Shown here: in pieces, positions 38,512 through 47,326 of the stretch
Layout: the number at the start of each line of letters is the position of its first letter
How positions within the stretch are numbered: position 1 is the stretch's first letter
From: a virus
IMG/VR virus record: IMGVR_UViG_3300045988_180880
Span: 32,001 to 96,000 of that record
Length of the DNA: 64,000 nucleotides
Strand: one strand, 5' to 3'
Position numbers and translations under genes: made by a program
The notes under the pieces: generated by a model
What the model was told of the DNA's origin: nothing
Database searches by the model: none
Seen by the model: only the letters and a program-made list of their open reading frames with translations

Positions 38512-39163
38512 AGTTAATCGCCAACCCTCTTTGCACGAGTACAGTATGTTTAGCATGAAGCTCAAGCTTAATGATTCATATGCAATTGAATTTCCCATCG
38601 CTGTTTGTGAGCCTTTAAATGCTGACTTCGATGGCGATACGTGCTCCATACAACTCGTCCCTCCAGAGGCAGCAGAAGAAACATATCTTAGGATGTCGCC
38701 AAGATATGTGAATGTTTATAAGAAAAATAATGAACCTATATTTAAATTTAACCACGAAACTTTGAATGGTCTTGCAGTTGCATCAGAATACGTATTTGAT
38801 GATCAGGATGAATTAGAAAATCCTAGACACTTTTATACGGATTATGTGCAACTTCTTAAAGATGTTGAAGTAGAGAAAAAAATTAAAGTAGGTACTCCAA
38901 TTACATTCACTGGAAAAATTGGAAATGTTGAATATACCGCTAAAACAACAAGTTATGGTAGACTTCGAATTTCTAAGATTCTAGACGCAGATATGGATGA
39001 AATTGGGATTTTATCTAATAAATATGAACGTATCAGTGCTAAAGCTGCTTCGAAATTATCTTTATATCTTAATCAATTTCCTGATGGAGTTGAGAAAAGA
39101 AAAGCATTACAGAAGCTTGCCCTCAGAATTGTTACATTAGCAGGAGTAGTTACGTTTGACTAT
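38512..39163 (+). CDS. rpoC: RNAP beta'-like subunit, exon 2 (catalytic NADFDGD)
   Basis: junction gives IVL|VNRQPSLH; NADFDGDT at ~38620-38643; ends ..VVTFDY. Confidence 0.8.
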
Positions 39164-39350
39164 AAAATTGTAGCTTAAGAAATAAATTATCTTGAGAAAA
39201 TTCTATTAAAATGCTAGAACTATTAGAATAAAGTAGAATTAGCATCTCTATCTCTTAGATAAAATAGAGTTCAACGACTAAATATAGAACTGTATGAAGT
39301 TATATACAGATGATATAGTCTATCTAAATTAAGAAGATTTAGAATTAATG
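39164..39350 (+). ncRNA. group I intron, family A (187 nt)
   Basis: P1 ctaU / Gtag (short); P aatgctagaac, Q aattagcatc, R gttcaacgactaaa, S gatgatatagtct; ends attaatG. Confidence 0.7.
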
Positions 39351-39464
39351 AAAACGTTATATGCTGATTGTGATACTGAGACGTATAAAAGAATATGTAA
39401 TGTTGCAGATTCAAAAGATCTTACTGATAAACAAAAACTTCTTATAATGACTGAAGAATTTCGT
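39351..39464 (+). CDS. rpoC: RNAP beta'-like subunit, exon 3 (114 nt)
   Basis: KTLYADCDTETYKRICNVADSKDLTDKQKLLIMTEEFR; in frame with exons 2 and 4. Confidence 0.7.
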
Positions 39465-39637
39465 TAATTATTTTTAGCGACTTAATAATTTTAATTATTA
39501 AGAAAAATAAGAGAATTGCTAGAACTATATATAAAATACTGAACTAGCATCAAGTAGTATTAACTATTTGTTCAACGACTATGTACTTATTATAAAATGA
39601 TATAGTCTACCTTTATTGATTGAATAAAGAGTTAGTG
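39465..39637 (+). ncRNA. group I intron, family A (173 nt)
   Basis: P1 tcgU|t / aGcga; P/Q/R/S present; ends agttagtG. Confidence 0.7.
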
Positions 39638-39742
39638 AAATATGAAAAAGAAGTTTCTGAAAGTTTTAGTACAGATCTTAAAAATGAATTAGCACGTGCA
39701 AATCGTGTAAAACTAAACTCGATTGTAGCAATGTCAATGCCT
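39638..39742 (+). CDS. rpoC: RNAP beta'-like subunit, exon 4 (105 nt)
   Basis: KYEKEVSESFSTDLKNELARANRVKLNSIVAMSMP. Confidence 0.7.
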
Positions 39743-39923
39743 AAAGAAAAAATTGGGCAATATAATGAAAATTAACTCATTATATTAAAATTATGTTAAT
39801 TGCTGGAACTGTAAGAATTATAGAATTAGCATCAAGTAAAAGCTTAAATTATTTGTTCAACGACTATATACATAATATTAAAGATATAGTCTAAACTTAT
39901 ATAAAGTAATATAAGTATCATTG
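39743..39923 (+). ncRNA. group I intron, family A (181 nt)
   Basis: P1 tgccU|aa / ttGggca; P/Q/R/S present; ends atcattG. Confidence 0.75.
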
Positions 39924-40042
39924 CAATTTATTGTTAGTGGAGTTGATGAAAAACCTGTTATTACACGAGGAACACTTTTGTCAGGATATACAGAAAAAGA
40001 CTATCAGCTTCATTCAATCGAGAATAGATCACTACAGTCAAT
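39924..40042 (+). CDS. rpoC: RNAP beta'-like subunit, exon 5 (119 nt)
   Basis: QFIVSGVDEKPVITRGTLLSGYTEKDYQLHSIENRSLQS(at-); DYQLHSIENRSL aligns with E. coli QYFISTHGARKGL. Confidence 0.7.
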
Positions 40043-41332
40043 TTTAGTTTACCTTTAGTTGACTATAAATTCTACTAAATGCTGGAATTCTGTGAAGAGA
40101 ATCAGCAGTTAATACAAAACTAAGTCATAAAGTTGTGAAATTATTATGGCAGGGAAATTGGAAAAATTTATATTAACAGATAAAGAAGAAATAGATTCTT
40201 TTAATAAATTAATTAGTTTAAATCCGCAACCTGGAAAATCTTTTGATAATTATTTAAAAGTTATCAATCGCGGTCATTATAAAATATGTTTATATAAATG
40301 GTTTACTGGATTAGATGAAGATATTTATGTAACTCAATCTCATTTATATAAACATTTGAATGATAATAGCAAATTTGTTAAAATAACACCTCAAATTTAT
40401 TATGATGTTATAGTATTAGGTTTGACTAATATTAATGATCGTCCTAAATGTGAAATATGTGGAAAAATATCTAGATGGGATGGATTTAAAAGAGGTTATT
40501 TAAAAACATGTTCAGAAAAGTGTTCTGAACTATTAAGAGATAGTAGAATGTCTGAACAAGGATTAAAAAATTTTCACAAATTACAGACAAAAGAGTCTAG
40601 AGAAAAGCAGAGGGAATCACATAAAGGATGGAGTCCTTCAGAAAAACAAAGAAAACAAATTTCTCAACGAATGAAAGATTTCTATAAGACACCAAAAGGA
40701 TTAGAAATGAGAAAGAATTCTAGTAGGTTATTATCTGAAAGAAATATTGAAATGATGAAAGATAAGTCTTATTATAACAAACGAACAGGAGGTAAATATA
40801 AAACAGGTATATATCATTCTAAAGTTTGGAATAAAGATTTTAATTATGATTCATCTTGGGAAATTAATTTTATAAAATTTTTTGAAAAGCAGAAATGGCA
40901 AAGTGAGATAAAAATATTTGATAGGTGTTTAGATTCTATTATTTATAAATGGGATGATGGAACTGAACATAGATATCTACCTGATTTTTACATCAAATTT
41001 AAATCAGGTCTTCAAGTTGTTATTGAGTTAAAACCAGCAAATCTAATAGAAAAAGATCCGGTGATTTTAGCCAAAAGAATAGCAGCGAAGAAATACTTTG
41101 CAAAAAGAAATATAAAATATATTATATTATCTGAAAATGAACTATTCACAACTAGATATATAAAGTATACTAAATTATCTGAAAGTTTAGGAATAGTTAA
41201 TTCATTTAATATTTATGATTACATAGTTTAATTAAGATTTAGTTTTGTATTAATTCAACGACTATATGTAGAAACTTATGTGAATAAGAAAGGTATAGTC
41301 TAAGTCTTTATGAATAAATAAAGATATCACTG
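40043..41332 (+). mobile_element. group I intron, family A, with endonuclease ORF
   Basis: P1 agtcaaU|t / aGttgact; P aaatgctggaattc, Q gaatcagcagt, R attcaacgactat, S aaggtatagtct; ends tatcactG. Confidence 0.75.
40146..41231 (+). CDS. putative homing endonuclease (NUMOD3-like repeats + PD-(D/E)XK-like C-domain)
   Basis: SEKQRKQISQRMK repeats; YLPDFYIKFKSGLQVVIELKP resembles a PD..(E/D)xK nuclease core. Confidence 0.5.
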   Translation: MAGKLEKFILTDKEEIDSFNKLISLNPQPGKSFDNYLKVINRGHYKICLYKWFTGLDEDIYVTQSHLYKHLNDNSKFVKITPQIYYDVIVLGLTNINDRPKCEICGKISRWDGFKRGYLKTCSEKCSELLRDSRMSEQGLKNFHKLQTKESREKQRESHKGWSPSEKQRKQISQRMKDFYKTPKGLEMRKNSSRLLSERNIEMMKDKSYYNKRTGGKYKTGIYHSKVWNKDFNYDSSWEINFIKFFEKQKWQSEIKIFDRCLDSIIYKWDDGTEHRYLPDFYIKFKSGLQVVIELKPANLIEKDPVILAKRIAAKKYFAKRNIKYIILSENELFTTRYIKYTKLSESLGIVNSFNIYDYIV

Positions 41333-41347
41333 AAAAGTTAGTGGAGT
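41333..41347 (+). CDS. rpoC: RNAP beta'-like subunit, exon 6 (15-nt micro-exon)
   Basis: aaaagttagtggagt; supplies (I)KVSG(V). Downstream P1 agtgg(a)gU|t / aGcccact is homologous to the intron-5 P1. Restores E. coli-like spacing before SGYLTR. Confidence 0.55.
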
Positions 41348-41816
41348 TAGAAATAAAACCTGAACTTTATGGTAGCCCACTATAAATAACAAAGAAATGC
41401 TGGAAATAATAATAGACAGACGAAGTCAAAGTTTTTTAAAATCAGCAACTTATCAACGAGAAAAAGATGAATTATTAGTACTTTTTAAAACTTAATGTGT
41501 AGATTTGAAAAATTCTTAGAAACTCTAAGGCTTGTTGGAAGTATAGCAAGAACTATACTCTCTGGAATTGAAGAATATAGAAAAATTCAAGAAACAAAAG
41601 CTTATCGAGAGAATAAGAAAAATAATGTAAAATATCTACCAAGACCAAAAAGGTATAATAGTAGAAGAAAACAAAGATAAGATCAACGACTATGTATTGT
41701 TAGATTAAGGAAACTCTTTAATCATGATATAGTCTAATCTTACGTGAATAAGCGTAAGCAGGATAAGAGATTAGAAGACGTCTTTTAAAAATTATAATAT
41801 CTAATCTCTTTGAATG
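41348..41816 (+). mobile_element. group I intron, family A, with 61-aa basic ORF remnant
   Basis: P aaatgctggaaat, Q aaatcagcaac, R gatcaacgactat, S atgatatagtct, P9 cttacg../..cgtaag, extra 9-bp hairpin agagattag/ctaatctct; ends ttgaatG. Confidence 0.6.
41495..41680 (+). CDS. small basic intron ORF (61 aa), function unknown
   Basis: ORF track; sits in the loop position used by endonuclease ORFs in sibling introns. Confidence 0.35.
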   Translation: MCRFEKFLETLRLVGSIARTILSGIEEYRKIQETKAYRENKKNNVKYLPRPKRYNSRRKQR

Positions 41817-42106
41817 GCCTAGTTCAGGATATTTAACACGACAAATTTCATTCCTTTTAAATAGTTTTATATATCATGAAGGAGAAGATCCAGAAAACAC
41901 AGGATTACTCATTCCACGATATAAAGCATTAGGAAGAACAGCACCGAACGGAAAGGTATACCCAGACAAACCAATAGTAAATGGTTCTGAGGATGATCTT
42001 GTTCCAGTACGTTCGATTGTTACAAAAAGAACTGGAGATTTAAGCACAATTACACCAGACCTGATTGGAAAGAAATTTAGTTTTACTGATGGAGCAGCAA
42101 TAGGAT
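41817..42106 (+). CDS. rpoC: RNAP beta'-like subunit, exon 7
   Basis: (V)PSSGYLTRQISFLLN...VRSIVT...GAAIG(t--); SGYLTR is a universal beta' block. Confidence 0.7.
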
Positions 42107-42344
42107 AAGTTTAGAATTGTCCATAAAAGTTTGTTATAGACTTTTATTAAACTTCAAGAATTGCTGGGAGTATTATCGCTATTTATTCTTCGCCTTGTAA
42201 AATAAAAAACTTAAGGCGAAAATTATATAGCGAGAGATAATCAGCAAAAGATATAGAAAATATATCTTCTTAACGACTATGTGTGAAGGAGAGATTAAAA
42301 CACTCTTAAGATATAGTCTAGTAATCTATATAAAGTTTGTATAG
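42107..42344 (+). ncRNA. group I intron, family A (238 nt)
   Basis: P1 ggaU|aa / ttGtcc; P aattgctgggag, Q taatcagcaaa, R cttaacgactat, S aagatatagtct; ends gtatagG. Confidence 0.7.
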
Positions 42345-42392
42345 GTTTAATCGTATCATTTGCTACATCATTAACTGAAGGTACTACTCAAT
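42345..42392 (+). CDS. rpoC: RNAP beta'-like subunit, exon 8 (48 nt)
   Basis: (C)[15 protein letters not shown](t--), equivalent of the trigger-loop block IAAQSIGEPGTQLT. Confidence 0.7.
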
Positions 42393-42573
42393 TAAAATTG
42401 GTTGCTATATAAAATAGTATTATATAGAAAATCTTTGTAAAATGCTGGAAATTAAAAAAAAATAATCAGCATCAAGGAATATATTAATAACTTGTTCAAC
42501 GACTATAAAAAAAGATCTTATTAATTTAAGAATGGTATAGTCTAAATTCATTCTAAAAGGATGAATAATCTTG
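42393..42573 (+). ncRNA. group I intron, family A (181 nt)
   Basis: P1 caaU|t / gGttg; P/Q/R/S present; ends aatcttG. Confidence 0.65.
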
Positions 42574-42602
42574 CAGCATTAGGTCTGAAACATGGTGGCC
42601 AT
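42574..42602 (+). CDS. rpoC: RNAP beta'-like subunit, exon 9 (29 nt)
   Basis: (S)ALGLKHGGH, equivalent of E. coli MRTFHIGG. Confidence 0.7.
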
Positions 42603-42762
42603 AGATTATATTTGTGGCGTATAATTTCAATAATTGCTGGAAATATTTGTAATAAAATAAATCAGCAGGGGAAAATAAAATCCCTTCAACGACTATAAAT
42701 GAAACTAGATGAATTTCTGGATGATATAGTCTAACTTATAAATTATATTATAAGAGTAATTG
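42603..42762 (+). ncRNA. group I intron, family A (160 nt)
   Basis: P1 gccaU|a / tGtggc; P aattgctggaaat, Q aaatcagcagg, R cttcaacgactat, S gatgatatagtct; ends agtaattG. Confidence 0.75.
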
Positions 42763-43002
42763 GAACGTGTGCTTAATACAGAAGGAAATCTTAAAGCACC
42801 AAAACAATGTGAGTTTAGAGAGGAAGGCAGATGGATTTACCTAAAAGTTAGAGGAGGAGAATTAAAATATCCGAGACCTAATAATTGGGTAGGAGTAGGT
42901 AAGACAAAATTTGAGAAAGGTGACTTAATAGGGTCAGCTTATAATACTACCTCGCCTATTTACAAGTTGAACGCTCTCATAAAACTTATGCGTGCCAAAG
43001 GT
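42763..43002 (+). CDS. rpoC: RNAP beta'-like subunit, exon 10
   Basis: ERVLNTEGNLKAP...LIKLMRAKG; the ORF-track tail EYKIAV* is intron. Confidence 0.7.
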
Positions 43003-43195
43003 GAATATAAAATTGCCGTCTAAGGAAGTAATTCTCTAGATAATTAGTAAGTAAATTTGGTGAAGCTAGTAACTAGTAATACCAAGCCTTGGATTAATAA
43101 TTAGAATCTTAAGGTATAACGAATAAAGACTTACCAACTTTTTTATAAGTTGAATTTATATTCTAAACTATAATAAGAAAATTATAGATAAATTG
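43003..43195 (+). ncRNA. group I intron, family B copy 1 (193 nt)
   Basis: P1 ggU|ga / ttGcc; P3 agtaagt/acttacc, P4 tttggt/accaag, P7 gaata/tattc; ends ataaattG. Confidence 0.75.
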
Positions 43196-43804
43196 AGTGA
43201 TGGCACAAGATATTTTGAGAAGGATAATGTTATTGTATCTGATTGTTATGCTTTGAATGATGGGGTTATTCATTACAAAGAGACCAAGGAAGGTGATACT
43301 GAAGTTTGGATTGGTGATACTCAGTATGACTATAATCCAGAGTGTATGTATTATTTTCCTGATGGTACAGAGATTAAGAAATTTCAAAGAATTTCCAGCG
43401 GAGTTTGCAATATGAATCATGTTATTGCAGAGTTGGGTTCTAATATTAATGATATTTACTTAATCTTTAGAAAACAATTTTATACTTTAACAGATGGAGG
43501 ATTTGTATCAACTGGTTTATCAGATCTTCATGCTACACAGGAAGAACTTATTGAACTTTTATTCACAGGTTTAACTGATGTAGGTGTAGATCCAGAAACA
43601 CAGAAGATTGAAGACATCCAATATCTAGGTACTCAAAGTGGTGTTTTAAATAAGAAGTCATTCTATACTGTTTTGTCTTACGGTTATAGCTCTAGAGTTG
43701 TGTCTAAAGCTCTCAAAGGGGAATTAAATCTTTCTGGTGACGTAATGACAGAAACTATATTAGGATTACTTTTAAATAATAAACTTGACGAAAAACAAAA
43801 GTAA
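43196..43804 (+). CDS. rpoC: RNAP beta'-like subunit, exon 11 (C-terminus)
   Basis: SDGTRYFEKDN...; total spliced frame 3351 nt + stop. Confidence 0.75.
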   Translation, partial: SDGTRYFEKDNVIVSDCYALNDGVIHYKETKEGDTEVWIGDTQYDYNPECMYYFPDGTEIKKFQRISSGVCNMNHVIAELGSNINDIYLIFRKQFYTLTDGGFVSTGLSDLHATQEELIELLFTGLTDVGVDPETQKIEDIQYLGTQSGVLNKKSFYTVLSYGYSSRVVSKALKGELNLSGDVMTETILGLLLNNKLDEKQK

Positions 43805-43813
43805 AAACAAATT

Positions 43814-44092
43814 ATGGGAACTATTAAATTTGAAATAGATCTTCCAGAATTTGAAAAAGAGTTGAGTATTAATGTAACTATTCATAGAGACGGTGAGGTG
43901 GTTTATACTACTACTACCTCATCTTCCTCTGTGGATAAATCTAATAATACTAATCTTTTATCGAGCCTTGGAAGTAAACCCGAGCAAGAAAAATGTATCT
44001 CTGTGGATGGAGATAAACAAAAAGAAGAAAAACCCAAGAAAGCATCAACTACATCTCGAAGGGGAGGAAATTTGATGAACTTGGATATATGA
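43814..44092 (+). CDS. hypothetical protein between beta' and beta genes
   Basis: ORF track; S/T/K-rich C-half. Confidence 0.45.
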   Translation: MGTIKFEIDLPEFEKELSINVTIHRDGEVVYTTTTSSSSVDKSNNTNLLSSLGSKPEQEKCISVDGDKQKEEKPKKASTTSRRGGNLMNLDI

Positions 44093-44123
44093 TGATTAAA
44101 ACCAGAGAAGAGAATTTTTTGTT

Positions 44124-44474
44124 ATGAACGATAATTATTATAAAATTATACTATCATATGAAATTCCATATAACATTTTAGACAGTCAAGATCCGAATAT
44201 TATACAGGCGAGAGAAATATTATATGAAAAACTTAGAGATGATATTTTTCCGAAGTATGAAAGATTTTCGGTAAAGCTTACATTACATCAACTTAAAGAT
44301 AACTTCAATTATCTTGTTACTTATGAAGCTTTTTTTAGATCTCTTGATGGTAAACCTATGGGAGAATATGTAGAGGCTCGTAGCTTAAAAGATAGTATTA
44401 AATCAGAATTAGAAACATTTTTTAATTCAGTAGATTGCGAATATAAGCAATTAAATATAAAACCATTAGTATAA
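44124..44474 (+). CDS. hypothetical protein between beta' and beta genes
   Basis: ORF track; stop overlaps the beta start (TAATG). Confidence 0.5.
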   Translation: MNDNYYKIILSYEIPYNILDSQDPNIIQAREILYEKLRDDIFPKYERFSVKLTLHQLKDNFNYLVTYEAFFRSLDGKPMGEYVEARSLKDSIKSELETFFNSVDCEYKQLNIKPLV

Positions 44475-45336
44475 TGAGTAATTTTAATCAATATTTCAGA
44501 AACACTGGAGCAAAAATTATAGTAGATCGATTTTTTAATAAAGTTGATGCATATAATCCTAAAGTAAAAGTTGGAAAAATTGGATATTCATTTATAGAAG
44601 AACCTCCTCAACCAGCTTCTTACTATATTGAAAATGGATTAACTGCTACACATAAAGTAAGAATTGAATATACAACTATAACGGATGGGAAAGAAGATCC
44701 TGAAATGAAGTATGCAGAGTTCGAAGTTCCTAAAGAAATTGATGGTGCATTTATTATAGAAGGCGCTTATCGTATTTCAACTAATCGAATGGGATCTGAT
44801 TATGACTGTCGTATTAAAATGTCTGGTACAGGAGATTATAAAGTTAATTTCGACTATGATAGAGTTTACGATATTCAAAAACAGATTCTGAAGATAAAAA
44901 GAATTAATCCGGAACTTGGAATTGCAGATAAACCAATTGATATAAAGTTTGAAGACATTGATAAATACTTGGAAACTGATAAAAAGGAGATCTTGAAGTT
45001 AACTGAAAGACAAACCAAGAAATTAATGATCAAACTTGACTTGGATTATAAACCTGAATATATTACACAAAAACTAATACAGGAATGTTTGGCCTTTGGA
45101 GATGATAGACTAAAAGACTTAATCATTGATAAAACATTAGAATCAGTTCCTAACAGTTTTATGCAATATATTTTTAGGAATAATAATGGACGTAACTATT
45201 TTGCAGCTAGACGAAGAATTACATCATATTTTACAAAGTATGGTAAAATTCAAGATCAAGTTACTGCAATTAGTACTTTGTGTTTTAGATTTTTTAAAGG
45301 AAGTAGCGATAACAAAGGAGATTCAGGAGTACAGGT
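44474..45336 (+). CDS. rpoB: RNAP beta-like subunit, exon 1
   Basis: ends ..GDSGVQ(gt-); the ORF-track tail is intron. Confidence 0.75.
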
Positions 45337-45544
45337 ACAAAATATAAAGGTGCCGTTTTATGGAGAAATCTATAAAATTATTAGTAAGTAAATTCGGTGA
45401 AGGGTAAAACCTAATACCGAACTAAGGATAATGAAAATTTTTAGTGTAACGAATAAAGACTTACTAACTTATAATTAAAATATAAGTTAAATTTATATTC
45501 TGTTCTATATAAGTAGAACTTTATTTATATAGTTAACAATAAAG
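45337..45544 (+). ncRNA. group I intron, family B copy 2 (208 nt)
   Basis: P1 ggU|ac / gtGcc; P3 agtaagt/acttact, P4 ttcggt/accgaa, P7 gaata/tattc; ends caataaaG. Confidence 0.75.
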
Positions 45545-45635
45545 CCCCCCTGGAGTAAATTCCATTAACTTAGAGGCAATCTCCCAAAAAATTGTTATTC
45601 CTGCGAGTGTAGCCTTTAATTCGACTTTTACAGAT
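45545..45635 (+). CDS. rpoB: RNAP beta-like subunit, exon 2 (91 nt)
   Basis: (V)PPGVNSINLEAISQKIVIPASVAFNSTFTD. Confidence 0.7.
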
Positions 45636-46763
45636 TTAGATTAAGTCTGATTATAGAATATTTTTTATAATAAAAACTTTGAGAATTGCTAGAAAACTAG
45701 TGATAGTTAATTAGCAGTATAAAATAAGTATAATTATTTATGCGTTGAGAGGAAAAATTTTTGAAAGGAATTTAAGAATGACGCATGTAAAAGAAATTAA
45801 ATACCACAATCAATTATGGTATTATAAAACGTACAATCAGTTAATAGATAAGTGTATACAGATGGAGTCTGAAGGTTATCCTGAAGATATGTATACAGAG
45901 GTTCACCACATACTACCTAAATGTATGGGTGGGACAAATGATGAGTCTAACTTAGTAAGAATGCCAGTTAGGTATCATATAATGGCACATTTATTGTTAG
46001 CACAAGTATATCCAGAAATAAATGGATTAGTTTATGCAGCACATGTTCTAGTCTCAGTGAATAATTCAGTTGTATCTACGAATACAGCTGCATTAATTAG
46101 AGAAGATTTTAAAAAGTCTAGAATAGGATCTCATCATTCAGAAGAGACAAGGAGAAAAATTTCTGAATCTAACAAAGGAAAAGTTATCCCTAGAGAACTA
46201 GTAGAGAAGTTAAGATCTATTAATTTAGGGAAGAAACATTCACTTGAAACGAGAAAGAAGATGTCAGAAGCTAGAAAAAGAGAGAATTTATCCGAGGAAA
46301 CACTAAGAAAAAGATCTCTAGCGTCCTCTGGAAGAAAACATTCTGAAGAAGTCAAGAAGAAGATTTCTATAGCTAATACTGGAAAAATTTTTAGCGAAGA
46401 ACACAGACAAAACATATCTAAAAGTAAGATGGGAAAAGGACATCCACATACTGAAAAAACAAAGAAAATGATGTCTGATACTAGCGTTAAGAGAAAAAGA
46501 GTTCAAGGCCCTGATGGAATAATTTACGAATCTATGAAACTTTGTTGTGAGAAATTTAATATTCATAGAGATACCCTTCGAAGCTGGATTAAAAATCACC
46601 CAGAAAAAGGCTTTAAATTTATTGATTAAAAAATTTATCATTACTATAAATTCCTTTCAATGTAATGAAATTTAATACTTATTTTATATTCAACGACTAT
46701 GTACAAAGAGGGAAATTCCTTAAGATATAGTCTAGTGATAAAGTAAAAAACTTTATCTATTCG
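45636..46763 (+). mobile_element. group I intron, family A, with HNH endonuclease ORF
   Basis: P1 cagaU|tta / taaGtctg; P aattgctagaaa, Q aattagcagt, R attcaacgactat, S aagatatagtct; ends ctattcG. Confidence 0.8.
45778..46629 (+). CDS. HNH homing endonuclease with NUMOD3-like repeats
   Basis: start moved to ATG 45778 (the track starts at an upstream TTG); first ~80 aa are near-identical to 37579..38364. Confidence 0.75.
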   Translation: MTHVKEIKYHNQLWYYKTYNQLIDKCIQMESEGYPEDMYTEVHHILPKCMGGTNDESNLVRMPVRYHIMAHLLLAQVYPEINGLVYAAHVLVSVNNSVVSTNTAALIREDFKKSRIGSHHSEETRRKISESNKGKVIPRELVEKLRSINLGKKHSLETRKKMSEARKRENLSEETLRKRSLASSGRKHSEEVKKKISIANTGKIFSEEHRQNISKSKMGKGHPHTEKTKKMMSDTSVKRKRVQGPDGIIYESMKLCCEKFNIHRDTLRSWIKNHPEKGFKFID

Positions 46764-47132
46764 TTAGTCGATATTGCCGACACTCCTATAAATAATAATA
46801 CTAACCTCCAGAACTCACTTACAGTTTCATGTCATATTACAGACGATGATGTACTATTTGATGTATATGATACAAATTTCGTAAAAATAACAATAAAATA
46901 TATAGACTATCTTAATAAAAAAGTAGCTGCCAGTGAGTATGTAGATTATGAAACTAACACTTTAAAGCCAGATAAAGATGGTCAAGTGGAGGTTAAGTAT
47001 AGGATGAAAAGAAAGATGGTTCCAGTCGAAGAAGTGGAATTGATCGATTTACATCCTGATTACAGATTGTCTAGCACAACTCGAAGAATCCCATTTGTGA
47101 ATTATACAGATAGTGTCAGAATAAGCATGGGT
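46764..47132 (+). CDS. rpoB: RNAP beta-like subunit, exon 3
   Basis: LVDIADTPINNNTNLQNSL (E. coli CPIETPEGPNIGLINSL) ... RRIPFVNYTDSVRISMG. Confidence 0.8.
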
Positions 47133-47326
47133 ACTAATTTATGTGCCGCTTAAAGTAGTAATATTTTAAGTAACCAGTAAGTAAATTCGGTGAAAGAGTG
47201 ACTGAGCTTTAATACCGAGCTAAAGATAATAGATTTCTTTAGTGTAACGAATAAAGACTTACTAACCAAAATAAAGGTTAAATTTATATTCTAAACTATA
47301 ATTAAAAGTATATTATAGAAGATTTG
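47133..47326 (+). ncRNA. group I intron, family B copy 3 (194 nt)
   Basis: P1 ggU|ac / gtGcc; core as in other B copies; ends aagatttG. Confidence 0.8.

Noticed and set aside
39933-40040. Alternative exon 5 frame starting after G39933 (LVELMKNLLLHEEHF...), which is also open
   Set aside because: It shows no similarity to beta', whereas the chosen frame gives PVITRG..DYQLHSIENRSL, which aligns to PITANFREGL..QYFISTHGARKGL. The chosen 3' splice site also matches the spacer pattern of sibling introns.
41767-41816. Reading EIRRRLLKIIISNLFEW as coding, which would place the exon 7 start at 41770 or 41775
   Set aside because: The segment forms a perfect 9-bp hairpin (agagattag/ctaatctct). It would lengthen the conserved R..SGYLTR spacing by ~10 residues. 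The 41816 G follows a ttgaatG spacer like those of sibling introns.
39200-42760. The regularly spaced repeats (..ttgctggaa..atcagca..caacgactat..atatagtct..) every ~170-300 bp looked superficially like a CRISPR array or tandem repeat
   Set aside because: The repeated units are the classical group I P, Q, R and S core elements. They pair P with Q and R with S. The spacers between them are RNAP exons.
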